From an uncultured Bacillota bacterium (GTDB lineage Bacteria; Bacillota_I; Bacilli_A; RFN20; CAG-826): a stretch of 64,000 bases of DNA. The notes beneath the pieces are model-generated. The model worked only from the letters and a program-made list of their open reading frames with translations, was not told the DNA's origin and made no database searches. Made by a program: the position numbers and the translations under genes. Shown here in pieces: positions 25,058-36,388 of the stretch; position 1 is the stretch's first letter, and every line of letters starts with the position of its first letter. The stretch spans positions 6,625-70,624 of the forward strand of contig CALEHV010000023.1 of NCBI GenBank assembly GCA_937876465.1, given 5' to 3'.

Positions 25058-25957
25058 ATGATGGAAAACGCAATTTTGTTTCATTTATCAGCAAATAAGA
25101 AGCTAACTGAGAAGGTAGCTAGTATTTTAAATTTACCTATAGGAAAAGTTGAAATTGAAAAATTTGCTGATGGCGAACTTATGTGCAGAAATCTTTCTAA
25201 TGTAAAAGGGAAAGATGTTTATGTTATCCAATCAACAGGAAAACCTGCTCAAGATAATATCTTTGAAATATTAATTTTCGTTGATGCTTTAAGAAATTGC
25301 GAAGCAAAATCTGTTAATTTAGTTATTCCATATTTTGGATATTCAAGACAAGATAGACCAGCTAGAACAGGTGAACCAATTAGTGCAAAAGTTGTTGCAA
25401 AATTATATCAATCAGTTGGTGCAGATAAAGTTATCACATTTGATTTACATACATCTCAAATTCAAGGTTTCTTTTCTTGCCCAGTAGTTAACATAGATAC
25501 AATTGAATTATTTGGTAACTACTTTGTAGACTATTTCAAAAAACAAGGCGTTAGTGCTAATGATATAGTTATTGTTTCACCAGATCACGGTTCACAACTC
25601 AGAGTTCGTGATTTATCTTCAATGTTTGATCATGCTTCAATTGCTATTATTTCCAAAAGACGTCCTGCTCCAAATAAGAGCGAAATCACAAGCGTTGTTG
25701 GAGACGTTAAAGATAAGACGTGTATCATCATAGATGATATTTTAGATACTTGCGGCACTATTAATAATGCATTTGAATGCTTAAAAGAACATGGTGCAAA
25801 AGAAGTTTATGTTGCTGCTACACACGCAGTATTTTCTGGTGACATAAACACAGAAATTAAAGGTGTAGTTGTCACCGATACATTAGAAAAAGAAATTAAA
25901 GGAGTTAAAGTTTTGTCAGTTGCTGAGCTTTTAGCTAAAGCAATAATGGATAACTAA
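25058..25957 (+). CDS. prs: ribose-phosphate pyrophosphokinase
   Basis: YFGYSRQDR, DLHTSQIQGFF, IIDDILDTCGT (PRPP loop). The start could be ATG 25058 or 25061. Confidence 0.95.
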   Translation: MMENAILFHLSANKKLTEKVASILNLPIGKVEIEKFADGELMCRNLSNVKGKDVYVIQSTGKPAQDNIFEILIFVDALRNCEAKSVNLVIPYFGYSRQDRPARTGEPISAKVVAKLYQSVGADKVITFDLHTSQIQGFFSCPVVNIDTIELFGNYFVDYFKKQGVSANDIVIVSPDHGSQLRVRDLSSMFDHASIAIISKRRPAPNKSEITSVVGDVKDKTCIIIDDILDTCGTINNAFECLKEHGAKEVYVAATHAVFSGDINTEIKGVVVTDTLEKEIKGVKVLSVAELLAKAIMDN

Positions 25958-25963
25958 TATATA

Positions 25964-25999
25964 TTAGTGTTACCTTGCTGAACCACTTACAAAACAAGG
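25964..25999 (+). promoter_or_regulatory. preQ1-I riboswitch (H-type pseudoknot sequestering the SD)
   Basis: P1 is AGTG (25966-69) with CACT (25984-87). Loop CCTTG (25973-77) pairs with tail CAAGG (25995-99). The AAC before the P1 3' strand and the tail ACAAAACAAGG match the Thermoanaerobacter preQ1-I aptamer. It sits directly upstream of queT. Confidence 0.7.
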
Positions 26000-26006
26000 A
26001 ATGAAT

Positions 26007-26516
26007 ATGAGAAATAAAGTGATTAGATCAATTACTACAAATGGTATTGTCGCAGCACTTTATTTTATTTTGACATTAATCTCAACTCCATTCTCTTTTG
26101 GTTTAATTCAAATAAGAATTGCCGAGCTCCTAATTCTCTTATGCTTCTTTAGAAGAGATTATGTTGTTGGAGTAACAATTGGATGCGTATTAAGTAATTT
26201 AATGTCTCCTCTAGGAATGTGGGATGTTTTATTTGGCACATTAGCAACATTAGTGTCTGGTTTATTAGTGTCTTTTATGAGACATCTTTTAATTGCGGGC
26301 TTGATTCCAGTTGTAATAAATGGTTTTGCAGTTGGTGCTGAATTATATTTCTTGAGCGAACAAGCTCCTATGTTTTGGGTGGCTGTTGGCGCTGTTGCCT
26401 TAGGAGAATTGATTGCCGTAATTGGTTTAGGATATAGCTTATTTATGATTATAGGAAAGCGCGCTAAATTCCAAGAGGTAATTGGCGCAGAAAGGAACCT
26501 AACATTTAGGTGGTAA
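26007..26516 (+). CDS. queT: queuosine-precursor transporter QueT
   Basis: ~170-aa membrane protein (FGLIQIRIAELLILLCFF..GMWDVLFGTLATL) of QueT type. ATG 26007 is spaced 7 nt from the AAGG SD. ATG 26001 is too close. Confidence 0.8.
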   Translation: MRNKVIRSITTNGIVAALYFILTLISTPFSFGLIQIRIAELLILLCFFRRDYVVGVTIGCVLSNLMSPLGMWDVLFGTLATLVSGLLVSFMRHLLIAGLIPVVINGFAVGAELYFLSEQAPMFWVAVGAVALGELIAVIGLGYSLFMIIGKRAKFQEVIGAERNLTFRW

Positions 26517-26520
26517 AATT

Positions 26521-28153
<1,633 letters not shown>

Positions 28154-28154
<1 letters not shown>

Positions 28155-29191
28155 TGGATATTTCATTATTTGATTTTGATTTACCAGAAGAATTGATTGC
28201 TCAATCTCCTGCAGCTAAACGTGACGAATCACGTCTTTTGCTCGTGGATAAAAAGCATAAACAATTTAAGGATTCAATCTTTCATAATATTATTGATTAT
28301 TTGCATAAAGGTGATGTTTTAGTAAGAAATAATACGAAAGTATTACCTGCACGTTTATTTGGAAACAAAGAAGGTACAGGAGCACATGTTGAAGTACTTC
28401 TTTTAAAACAAATTGAAGGTGACATTTGGGAATGCTTAACTGGAAATGCAAAGCCAATTAAAGTTGGTTCGGTTATTTCCTTTAAGGACGGCTTATTAAA
28501 AGCCGAATGTCTTGAAATTAAAGATGAAGGCATTCGTATAATGAAATTTATTTATAAAGGAATTTTCCTAGAAATATTAAACGAAGTAGGTAATATGCCT
28601 TTGCCACCTTATATTAAGAAACAATGTGAAGATAATTCTAGATATCAAACAGTTTATGCAAAAGTACTTGGAAGTGCTGCTGCTCCAACTGCAGGTTTTC
28701 ACTTTACTCCTGAACTCTTAAAACAAATTGAAGATAAAGGCGTAGAAATCATTGATGTAACGTTAAATATAGGTCTTGGAACATTCAAACCTGTGAAAGA
28801 AAAAACTGTTGAAGAACACGTTATGCATACCGAGCATTATTGCGTGTCAAAAGAAGCTGCTGAAAAGCTCAATAAAGCAAAGGCAGAAGGCAGAAGAATT
28901 GTTGCTGTTGGAACTACTGCAACTCGTACCCTTGAAGCAGTCATGCAAAAGTATGGAAAATTCGTCGAATGTGAAGAAGATACAGCTATCTTTATCAAGC
29001 CTGGGTATAAGTTCTTAGCAATTGATGCTTTGATCACAAATTTCCACCTTCCAAAATCAACATTAATTATGTTAGTTTCTGCACTTGCTGGACGCGAATT
29101 TATACTCGAAGTTTATAAGCATGCAGTTGATGAAAAATACAGATTCTTTAGCTTTGGAGACTCAATGTTTATTTATGATGAAAAAGATTAA
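28154..29191 (+). CDS. queA: S-adenosylmethionine:tRNA ribosyltransferase-isomerase
   Basis: FDFDLPEELIAQSPAAKRDESRLL, AVGTTATRTLE. Its ATG overlaps the tgt stop (TAATG). Confidence 0.95.
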
Positions 29192-29834
29192 TTATTACGA
29201 TAAATCCAGAGAAATCCTTGCAAAAATCGATGATTTGCAAAGAAAACCAAAGCTTTTATTACATGCTTGTTGTGGACCGTGTAGCGCTTTTCCTCTTACA
29301 GATTTGTGCCCACATTTTGACGTAACAATATTCTTTAACAATAACAATATTTATCCTGAAAAAGAGTATGTGAGAAGACTCGAAGAATTAAAGAAATTTT
29401 TGGGCTATTTTGAAAGAGATTTTGGCTATAAAGTTGAACTTATTGTAACTAAATACGATAACGAAAAATACAATGAAGATTTAGAGCAATATAAAGACCT
29501 TCCAGAAGGCGAAATTCGTTGTTTTATTTGCTATGAAAAACGTATGAATGAAGCATATAAATTTGCATCAGAAAATGGATATGATTTTTTCACTACTGTT
29601 ATGACAATTTCACGTCAGAAAAATTCACAAAAATTGAATGAAATTGGTGAAAAATTATCCAAGGTTTATCCTAATGTCGAATATTTTTATTCTGACTTCA
29701 AAAAACACAAAGGAATCGACATTGGAAGAGACATGAGAATTAAGTATAATTTGTACAATCAACTTTACTGCGGTTGCAAATATACATATCAAAAAGGTTT
29801 AGAAAAGGAGGCAAAGAAAAATGAAAGTAATTAA
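29175..29834 (+). CDS. queH: epoxyqueuosine reductase QueH
   Basis: KLLLHACCGPCS and CFICYEKR match DUF208/QueH cysteine motifs. ATG 29175 lies 17 nt inside the end of queA. Confidence 0.85.
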   Translation: MMKKINYYDKSREILAKIDDLQRKPKLLLHACCGPCSAFPLTDLCPHFDVTIFFNNNNIYPEKEYVRRLEELKKFLGYFERDFGYKVELIVTKYDNEKYNEDLEQYKDLPEGEIRCFICYEKRMNEAYKFASENGYDFFTTVMTISRQKNSQKLNEIGEKLSKVYPNVEYFYSDFKKHKGIDIGRDMRIKYNLYNQLYCGCKYTYQKGLEKEAKKNESN

Positions 29835-31122
29835 ACGAATTATTTGTTTTTTAGGTAAACTCTTTGGTTTAATTCCTTTCTTAATTCTTTTAAGACCTCG
29901 TTATTACACCGAAAACCCAAAAAAGCATACAAAAGCTATTAAAGGCGGTGCAATTATTACATCAAATCACTACCATTTAATGGATTTCTTTACTATTTGG
30001 TTCGCTCATCCTTGGAGACATCAAAGATTCTTCGTCAGCGAAGCTGTCTATCAACATTCATTTGTTGGATGGTTATGCAAAATGGTCGATTCTATCCTTG
30101 TCCATCGCGAAAGAAGTGATATGACTTGGATGGATGAAGCAGAAAAAACTGTAAACAAAGGATCAATTGTTACAATTTTCCCAGAAGGAAAGATTGTTCG
30201 TAACGGAAGAATCGAACAATTCCATCCAGCTGCAGTCTATTTGGCATTAAGAACAGGAAAACCAATTATTCCTCATTACATTGAACCAAACTATTTTAAA
30301 TGGAAACGCGCGCGTATAATTATGGGCGATCCTATTTATGTAAAAGACTACATTAAGTCTGATAATCCAACTCCTGATGAAGTTAGAGAAATGTGCGAAA
30401 TTTTACGTAAGAAAACAATGGAATTAAAACGTAAAATGGAACTCTATCGTAAGTATCATACACGCAGTATTATTTGGTGGCATTCATGGTTCAATGATTT
30501 TTCAAAAGCCATTCTTTGGCTCCCTACAAAATTCGTTTTTCCGGCTAAATTTCACTACTTAGATGGGGCATCAAAAAAGAATAGAAATCCTAAAGGAAAA
30601 GCTGTTGTTGTATCTAAACATTACTGGTTCTCTGATGGCCCAATTTTATCAGTTCATATGATGTCTAGACGTATCAGAATCATCATTGGAAAAGACCTTT
30701 TTGATTGCCGTCCATGGCTTTTAGGACATCTTTTATGCATAGGTTATGACCGTAAAAATGACACTTCTGATCCAAAATGTTTCTTAGAATGTATTAACGT
30801 TTTAAAAGCTGAAGGTGTCATTGGTATCTATCCAGAGGGTCATATTCAACAAAATACTGCAGAGGGTGAATTCCACCAAGGAGCAGCATATTTTAGCCTT
30901 ATGACAGGTGCTCCAGTTCACTTCTATTTCATGGCAAATCCATGGAAACCATTTAGGTTCAATCATGTTATGATTGGTAAGACAATTGATCCTAAAGATT
31001 TATATACTCCAGAAGAGATGAAAAAGAAGGAAACAATTGCAGCGTTTAATGAGGTACTTAGAACATATTTTTTCGCCATCCAAAAAGAGGCAAATAAGTA
31101 CGTCAGAAAACCTAAAAAATAA
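29821..31122 (+). CDS. tandem double lysophospholipid-acyltransferase (PlsC-like) domain protein
   Basis: Domain 1 has NHYHLMD and FPEGK. Domain 2 has KHYWFSD and YPEGH. AAGGAGG RBS. It overlaps queH by 14 nt. Confidence 0.75.
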   Translation: MKVIKRIICFLGKLFGLIPFLILLRPRYYTENPKKHTKAIKGGAIITSNHYHLMDFFTIWFAHPWRHQRFFVSEAVYQHSFVGWLCKMVDSILVHRERSDMTWMDEAEKTVNKGSIVTIFPEGKIVRNGRIEQFHPAAVYLALRTGKPIIPHYIEPNYFKWKRARIIMGDPIYVKDYIKSDNPTPDEVREMCEILRKKTMELKRKMELYRKYHTRSIIWWHSWFNDFSKAILWLPTKFVFPAKFHYLDGASKKNRNPKGKAVVVSKHYWFSDGPILSVHMMSRRIRIIIGKDLFDCRPWLLGHLLCIGYDRKNDTSDPKCFLECINVLKAEGVIGIYPEGHIQQNTAEGEFHQGAAYFSLMTGAPVHFYFMANPWKPFRFNHVMIGKTIDPKDLYTPEEMKKKETIAAFNEVLRTYFFAIQKEANKYVRKPKK

Positions 31123-31143
31123 GCAAAAAATTATCAAAAAATT

Positions 31144-31165
31144 GGGGTATTTTTACCCCTTTTTT
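31144..31165 (+). terminator. rho-independent terminator
   Basis: GGGGTA-TTTT-TACCCC followed by TTTTTT. Confidence 0.85.
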
Positions 31166-31198
31166 CATACCTAAATTACATTATTTTAAAATATTTGC

Positions 31199-31227
31199 TT
31201 GCGCTTATATATAATATCGCGTATATT
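31199..31227 (+). promoter_or_regulatory. candidate S10-operon promoter TTGCGC-17-TATATT
   Basis: Correct spacing, ~140 nt upstream of rpsJ. Confidence 0.4.
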
Positions 31228-31252
31228 ATTACACGTTGGCGTTTGCGTTGAT

Positions 31253-31312
31253 ATGCGAGGTTGCTGACACACCGACAGGCGTGGTCATGAACGGTGGTCA
31301 GGGAATTCGCAT
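31253..31312 (+). promoter_or_regulatory. structured GC-rich leader of the S10 operon (candidate r-protein autoregulatory element)
   Basis: Nested helices. The outer pair is ATGCGA (31253-58) with TCGCAT (31307-12). The inner pair is CTGAC-a-CACCG (31264-74) with CGGTGGTCAG (31292-301). Confidence 0.45.
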
Positions 31313-31366
31313 TGAGCAATAGCCGAAAGCCTGAAAAAAAGAAAATTAACAGAAGGAGGAAAATTC

Positions 31367-31678
31367 ATGGCAAAAACAAAAAACATTAGAATTCGTTTGC
31401 AAGCCTATGATCACAAGATACTTGATGCAAGTGTCGCAAAGATCGTTACAGCTGCTAAGAATTCCGGCGCTGTTGTTATTGGTCCAATTCCACTACCAAC
31501 AGAAAAGCAAGTTTACACAATCTTACGTGCTGTCCATAAGTACAAAGATTCACGTGAACAGTTCGAAATCAGAACACACAAGAGATTAATCGATATCTCT
31601 AATCCAACAAAGGAAACTGTCGATATGCTTAAACGTCTCGACTTACCAAGCGGAGTAGATATCGATATCAAGTTATAA
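31367..31678 (+). CDS. rpsJ: 30S ribosomal protein S10
   Basis: [14 protein letters not shown]..; AGGAGG RBS; first gene of the operon. Confidence 0.97.
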   Translation: MAKTKNIRIRLQAYDHKILDASVAKIVTAAKNSGAVVIGPIPLPTEKQVYTILRAVHKYKDSREQFEIRTHKRLIDISNPTKETVDMLKRLDLPSGVDIDIKL

Positions 31679-31692
31679 GGAGGTAAGACATC

Positions 31693-32391
31693 ATGAAAGA
31701 AATTATTGGTCGTAAAATGGGCATGACAGAAGTCTTCGCTAAAGATGGCACTATGTATGCTGTTACAGTCGTTGAAGTCTTACCAAACATTGTTACTCAA
31801 GTCAAAACCTTAGAGAAAGATGGCTATACCGCTCTCCAAGTCGGATTTGAAGAAAAGAAAGAATCCAAGGTTAACAAAGCTGAAAAAGGTCACTTTGCAA
31901 AAGCTGGCGTTAAGGCTACAAAACACCTCGGAGAAATCAAAGGCGACGAATTAGCAAACTTCAAAGTTGGCGATGCAGTCAAAGCTGATATCTTCAAAGC
32001 TGGCGATATGGTTGACGTAATCGGCACCTCAAAAGGTCGCGGATACGCAGGTACAATCAAACGCTGGGGTCACAAGATTGGTCCTAAAGGACACGGATCT
32101 GGTTACCACAGAGGTCAAGGTTCATTCGCTAACAACGGACGTAATAACGCACGTGTTATCCCAGGCAAATTAATGTCAGGACATCACGGTAATCTCTCAG
32201 CAACATTACTCAACCTTCAAATCGTTGAAGTCAATGCTGAAAAGAATTACATCTTAGTCAAGGGTGGACTCCCAGGCGCTAAGAAATCACTTGTCACTAT
32301 TCGTAGTGCAATCAAAGCTCAATTAGGCAAGCCAAACGTAATCAAAGAATTAGTTGACTTAACACCTAAGGCTGAAGAGAAAGGAGAATAA
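31693..32391 (+). CDS. rplC: 50S ribosomal protein L3
   Basis: GRKMGMTEVF.., GTSKGRGYAGTIKRWG. Confidence 0.97.
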   Translation: MKEIIGRKMGMTEVFAKDGTMYAVTVVEVLPNIVTQVKTLEKDGYTALQVGFEEKKESKVNKAEKGHFAKAGVKATKHLGEIKGDELANFKVGDAVKADIFKAGDMVDVIGTSKGRGYAGTIKRWGHKIGPKGHGSGYHRGQGSFANNGRNNARVIPGKLMSGHHGNLSATLLNLQIVEVNAEKNYILVKGGLPGAKKSLVTIRSAIKAQLGKPNVIKELVDLTPKAEEKGE

Positions 32392-32393
32392 CA

Positions 32394-33035
32394 ATGGCTA
32401 CTAAGAAATTATCAGTCCCTGTATATTCTCTCGCAGGTGAACAAGTCTCTGAATTAGCTCTCGATGCATCAGTATTCGGAGTTAAAGAAAATAAGCAAGT
32501 TATGTATGATGCCGTTAAGGTCTATCGTGCAAACATGCGTCAAGATACTGCTAAAACAAAGAAACGTGATGAAGTTAGCGGTGGTGGCAAGAAGCCATGG
32601 AGACAAAAAGGCACAGGTCGTGCTAGAGCAGGTTCAACACGCTCCCCAATCTGGGTTGGTGGTGGAACAGTATTCGGCCCAACAGGTGTCCAAAATCACG
32701 AACTTAAACAAAACCGTAAGGAACATCGCTTAGCATTACGCTGTGCATATTCCTCAATGGTTAAAGAACTCAAAGTTGTTAATGAATTCAATATGAAGAA
32801 AATTTCTACAAAAGAATTCGTTAAAGTCCTTGATGCTCTTAAAGCAACTGGAAAGACATTGTTAATCGTGTCTCAACAAAACGACAATCTTCTTCTCAGT
32901 GCTTCTAACGTTGAACGTGTAGTCGTAACAGGCTATACCAACGTCTCGGTCTATGACTTAATGTACTTCGATCACATTGTTACTGATCAAGATACAGTTA
33001 AAGCCATCGAAGAAAACTTAAAGGAGGGTAAATAA
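32394..33035 (+). CDS. rplD: 50S ribosomal protein L4
   Basis: GGGKKPWRQKGTGRARAGSTRSPIW. Confidence 0.97.
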   Translation: MATKKLSVPVYSLAGEQVSELALDASVFGVKENKQVMYDAVKVYRANMRQDTAKTKKRDEVSGGGKKPWRQKGTGRARAGSTRSPIWVGGGTVFGPTGVQNHELKQNRKEHRLALRCAYSSMVKELKVVNEFNMKKISTKEFVKVLDALKATGKTLLIVSQQNDNLLLSASNVERVVVTGYTNVSVYDLMYFDHIVTDQDTVKAIEENLKEGK

Positions 33036-33037
33036 TT

Positions 33038-33373
33038 ATGGCAAAGAAAGCAGCTGCTAAAGCAACTAAGGCTACAAAAGCCACAATTCATGACTTCGAT
33101 ATAATTATCGAACCAGTCATTACAGAAAAAACAATGACCCTCATGCAAGAACAAAATAAGGTTACACTTCGCGTTAGCGGTAAAGCTAATCGTGCTGAAG
33201 TTAAGAAAGCCTTCGAAAACGTCTTCGGCGTTAAGGCTCTCAACGTTAACATTATTAATGTTCGCGGCAAAGAATGCTCAAGAGGTGGACGTTATAAAGG
33301 TTCAATCTCTGGCTTCAAGAAAGCAGTCGTTACTATCGCAGAAGGCGAAGCACTCGACTTATTCAAAGAATAG
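33038..33373 (+). CDS. rplW: 50S ribosomal protein L23 with a short AK-rich N-extension
   Basis: Core IIEPVITEKTM.. preceded by MAKKAAAKATKATKAT. Confidence 0.95.
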   Translation: MAKKAAAKATKATKATIHDFDIIIEPVITEKTMTLMQEQNKVTLRVSGKANRAEVKKAFENVFGVKALNVNIINVRGKECSRGGRYKGSISGFKKAVVTIAEGEALDLFKE

Positions 33374-33410
33374 TTTGAAACAGAACTACACATTATAGGA
33401 GATATAAAAA

Positions 33411-34244
33411 ATGTCAATTAGAAATTACAGACCGACCTCTGCGTCACGTCGTAATATGACCAACTTGACGTTCGATGAAATCACCAAATCAACTCCTGAA
33501 AAAAGCTTAACAGTTAAGCTTAGCAAAACTGGCGGACGTAATAACCAAGGTGTTATTACAACCCGTCATATCGGTGGTGGTCATAAACGTCGCTATAGAG
33601 TCATAGACTTCAAACGTAACAAAGACGGAATCGTCGGTACAATCAAAGCAATCGAATACGATCCAAACCGTAATGCAAACATCTTATTAATCGCTTATAC
33701 AGATGGCGAAAAGAGATACATCATTGCTCCACAAGGAGTAAAAGTTGGAGACAAAGTTGTCTCAGGTGAAAATGTCGACATCAAAGTCGGTAACGCTCTT
33801 CCATTAAAAAACATTCCAGAAGGAACATTTGTTCATAACGTTGAGCTTCAACCAAAGAAAGGCGGCCAAATGTGCCGTGCTGCCGGAACAAGTGCTCAAG
33901 TACTTGGTGCCGAAGGCAAATACATTATTCTTCGTTTAGCATCAGGCGAAGTCCGTAAGGTCTTAGCAGAATGCCGTGCAACAATTGGTGTTGTTGGTAA
34001 CGAAGACTTCATCCTTGTTAATAAAGGAAAAGCAGGTAAGACACGCTGGTTAGGTACAAGACCTACAGTCCGTGGTTCTGCTATGAACCCTAACGATCAC
34101 CCACATGGTGGTGGTGAAGGTAAATGTCCAGTCGGTCGTGATGCACCACGTACTCCATGGGGTAAACGTGCTCTCGGCGTTAAGACAAGACGCATCAAAA
34201 AGGCTTCTACAAAATTAATCGTTCGTAGAATCAATGATAAATAA
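33411..34244 (+). CDS. rplB: 50S ribosomal protein L2
   Basis: [26 protein letters not shown]. Confidence 0.97.
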   Translation: MSIRNYRPTSASRRNMTNLTFDEITKSTPEKSLTVKLSKTGGRNNQGVITTRHIGGGHKRRYRVIDFKRNKDGIVGTIKAIEYDPNRNANILLIAYTDGEKRYIIAPQGVKVGDKVVSGENVDIKVGNALPLKNIPEGTFVHNVELQPKKGGQMCRAAGTSAQVLGAEGKYIILRLASGEVRKVLAECRATIGVVGNEDFILVNKGKAGKTRWLGTRPTVRGSAMNPNDHPHGGGEGKCPVGRDAPRTPWGKRALGVKTRRIKKASTKLIVRRINDK

Positions 34245-34263
34245 TGAAAGGAAATAGTTAGAT

Positions 34264-34551
34264 ATGTCACGTAGTATCAAAAAAGGCCCATTCTGTGCCG
34301 AAGAACTTCTTGCAAAAGTTGACGAATTAAACGCAGTTAACAAGAAAGAAGTTATTAAAACTTCATCACGTGCTTCAACAATTTTCCCTTCATTTGTTGA
34401 ACACACATTCGCAGTCTACAATGGCCGCGAACACATTACTGTCTATGTCACAGAAGACATGGTTGGTCATAAGTTAGGAGAATTCGCTCCAACAAGAACA
34501 TTCAAAGGCCACCATGGTAACAATGCTGAAGACAAGGCAGCAGCTAAATAA
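34264..34551 (+). CDS. rpsS: 30S ribosomal protein S19
   Basis: [10 protein letters not shown].., VYNGREH. Confidence 0.97.
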   Translation: MSRSIKKGPFCAEELLAKVDELNAVNKKEVIKTSSRASTIFPSFVEHTFAVYNGREHITVYVTEDMVGHKLGEFAPTRTFKGHHGNNAEDKAAAK

Positions 34552-34565
34552 GGAGGAGACAAACT

Positions 34566-35060
34566 ATGGCAGAAGAAAAGAAAACCGTAGCTAAGAAAGC
34601 TCCAGCAAAGAAAGCACCAGCCAAGAAGGCAGCTCCAAAAGCTGAAAAAGCAGTTAAAGAAGCAGCTCCAAAGGCAGAAGCAAAGAAAGCTGAAGCAAAA
34701 GTCGAAGCTCCTAAGAAAGTTATGCCTACAAGCGCACGTGCAACAGCCTATGATTGCCGTGTCACTCCACGTAAGGCACGCTTAGTCATTGACTTAATTA
34801 GAGGAAAAGATGTTAACGTTGCACTTGGCATTCTTGCTAACGTCAACAAAGCAGCTTCCCCAATCGTTGCTAAAGTTGTTAAATCAGCAGCTTCAAATGC
34901 TATCAACAACTTCGGTATGGATGAAGAAAGCTTATACATCGCTGAAATCTGGGCCAATGATGGCATCCGTATGAAACGCTTCTTACCAAGAGCTAAGGGT
35001 AGCGCATCCGGATTAGTAAAGAGAAATAGCCACATCACAGTTGTGGTTAAAGAAAGATAA
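34566..35060 (+). CDS. rplV: 50S ribosomal protein L22 with a ~50-aa Ala/Lys/Pro N-extension
   Basis: Core ARATAYDCRVTPRKARLVIDLIRG preceded by [19 protein letters not shown]... The GGAGGAG RBS sits before the extended start. Confidence 0.95.
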   Translation: MAEEKKTVAKKAPAKKAPAKKAAPKAEKAVKEAAPKAEAKKAEAKVEAPKKVMPTSARATAYDCRVTPRKARLVIDLIRGKDVNVALGILANVNKAASPIVAKVVKSAASNAINNFGMDEESLYIAEIWANDGIRMKRFLPRAKGSASGLVKRNSHITVVVKER

Positions 35061-35073
35061 GGAGGAATAGACA

Positions 35074-35760
35074 ATGGGTCAAAAAGTTAGTCCAGTTGGC
35101 ATGCGTGTTGGTATCAACCGCGATTGGCATTCTCGTTGGTTCGCAAATGATCACGACTATTCCAAATACCTCCTTGAAGACGTTAAGATTCGTAAATATG
35201 TAACTAAGAACTTGAAATCAGCTCTTATTTCACATGTTGAAATCGAACGTAAGAAATCCGGCGACAAAACAAGCGTCAAAGTCATGATCTTCACAGCTCG
35301 TCCTGCAGAAATCATTGGCCAAAACGGTGCTAATGTCGAAAAGATTAAAAAAGAAATTTGCAAATTAATTAATTGTGAGTCAGTCCGTGTCGACGCAGTT
35401 GCAGTTGAAAATCCAGATTTGGATGCTTCACTTGTTGCTCAAGGCATTGCTGCTGAACTCGAAGCCCGTGCTTCATTTAGAACCGCTCAAAAGAAAGCAA
35501 TTCAAAGAGTTCGTAAAGCTGGTGCAAAAGGTGTCAAGACAATGGTCTCAGGCCGTCTTGGTGGTGCAGATATCGCTCGTAGCGAAGGCTATAAAGATGG
35601 TATCGTCCCACTTACAACACTCCGTTCCAACATCGACTTCGCAATTGCAGAAGCAGTTACAGCTTATGGACGTTTAGGTGTCAAAGTTTGGATCTGCCGC
35701 GGTGATAAAGCAGCTGAACAAAGAGCTGCTGAAAAAGCAGGCAGAAAGGGAGCAAGATAA
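35074..35760 (+). CDS. rpsC: 30S ribosomal protein S3
   Basis: MGQKVSPVGMRVGINRDW. Confidence 0.97.
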   Translation: MGQKVSPVGMRVGINRDWHSRWFANDHDYSKYLLEDVKIRKYVTKNLKSALISHVEIERKKSGDKTSVKVMIFTARPAEIIGQNGANVEKIKKEICKLINCESVRVDAVAVENPDLDASLVAQGIAAELEARASFRTAQKKAIQRVRKAGAKGVKTMVSGRLGGADIARSEGYKDGIVPLTTLRSNIDFAIAEAVTAYGRLGVKVWICRGDKAAEQRAAEKAGRKGAR

Positions 35761-35761
35761 T

Positions 35762-36175
35762 ATGTTGCAACCAAAGAGAGTTAAATACCGCCGCCCACAT
35801 GGTATTAAATACGAAGGCCTTTCAAAAGGTGGAAACACTGTTTCCTTCGGTGAATTCGGTCTTCAAGCTGTAGATGGTGCATGGGTAACAGATCGTCAAA
35901 TCGAATCTGCTCGTATCGTCTTATCAAAATTCATTAAAAAGGAAGGTAAGGTTTATGTCCGCATATTCCCACACCTTGCTAAAACTAAAAAACCAGCCGA
36001 AGTCCGTATGGGTTCCGGTAAAGGTAACCCAGAGAACTGGGTCGCAGTTGTTAAGAAAAACCGCGTCATGTTCGAAATGGGTGGCATTCCAGAAGCAGAA
36101 GCACGTAGAGCATTACATTTAGCTTCATACAAGCTTCCATGCAAATGCCGTGTCATTGCTAAGGAGGTCAAATAA
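35762..36175 (+). CDS. rplP: 50S ribosomal protein L16
   Basis: MLQPKRVKYRR. ATG lies 2 nt after the rpsC stop. The longer ORF-track start overlaps rpsC. Confidence 0.95.
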   Translation: MLQPKRVKYRRPHGIKYEGLSKGGNTVSFGEFGLQAVDGAWVTDRQIESARIVLSKFIKKEGKVYVRIFPHLAKTKKPAEVRMGSGKGNPENWVAVVKKNRVMFEMGGIPEAEARRALHLASYKLPCKCRVIAKEVK

Positions 36176-36177
36176 CC

Positions 36178-36375
36178 ATGAAAGTTAAAGAAATTCGTGA
36201 ACTCACAAATGAAGAATTAGCTGAAAAGTTATATTCCCTCAAAGAGCAATTATTCAATCTACGTCGTAAAAAAGCTGTTGGACAACTTGAACACGGCGAA
36301 GAAGTCAGAAGAGTTCGTAAAGATATCGCAAGAGTCATGATGGTTCAACGCGAAAGAGAACTCGGTGTTAAATAA
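36178..36375 (+). CDS. rpmC: 50S ribosomal protein L29
   Basis: 65 aa, MKVKEIRELTNEELAEKL. Confidence 0.95.
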   Translation: MKVKEIRELTNEELAEKLYSLKEQLFNLRRKKAVGQLEHGEEVRRVRKDIARVMMVQRERELGVK

Positions 36376-36388
36376 GGAGGATTGACCA

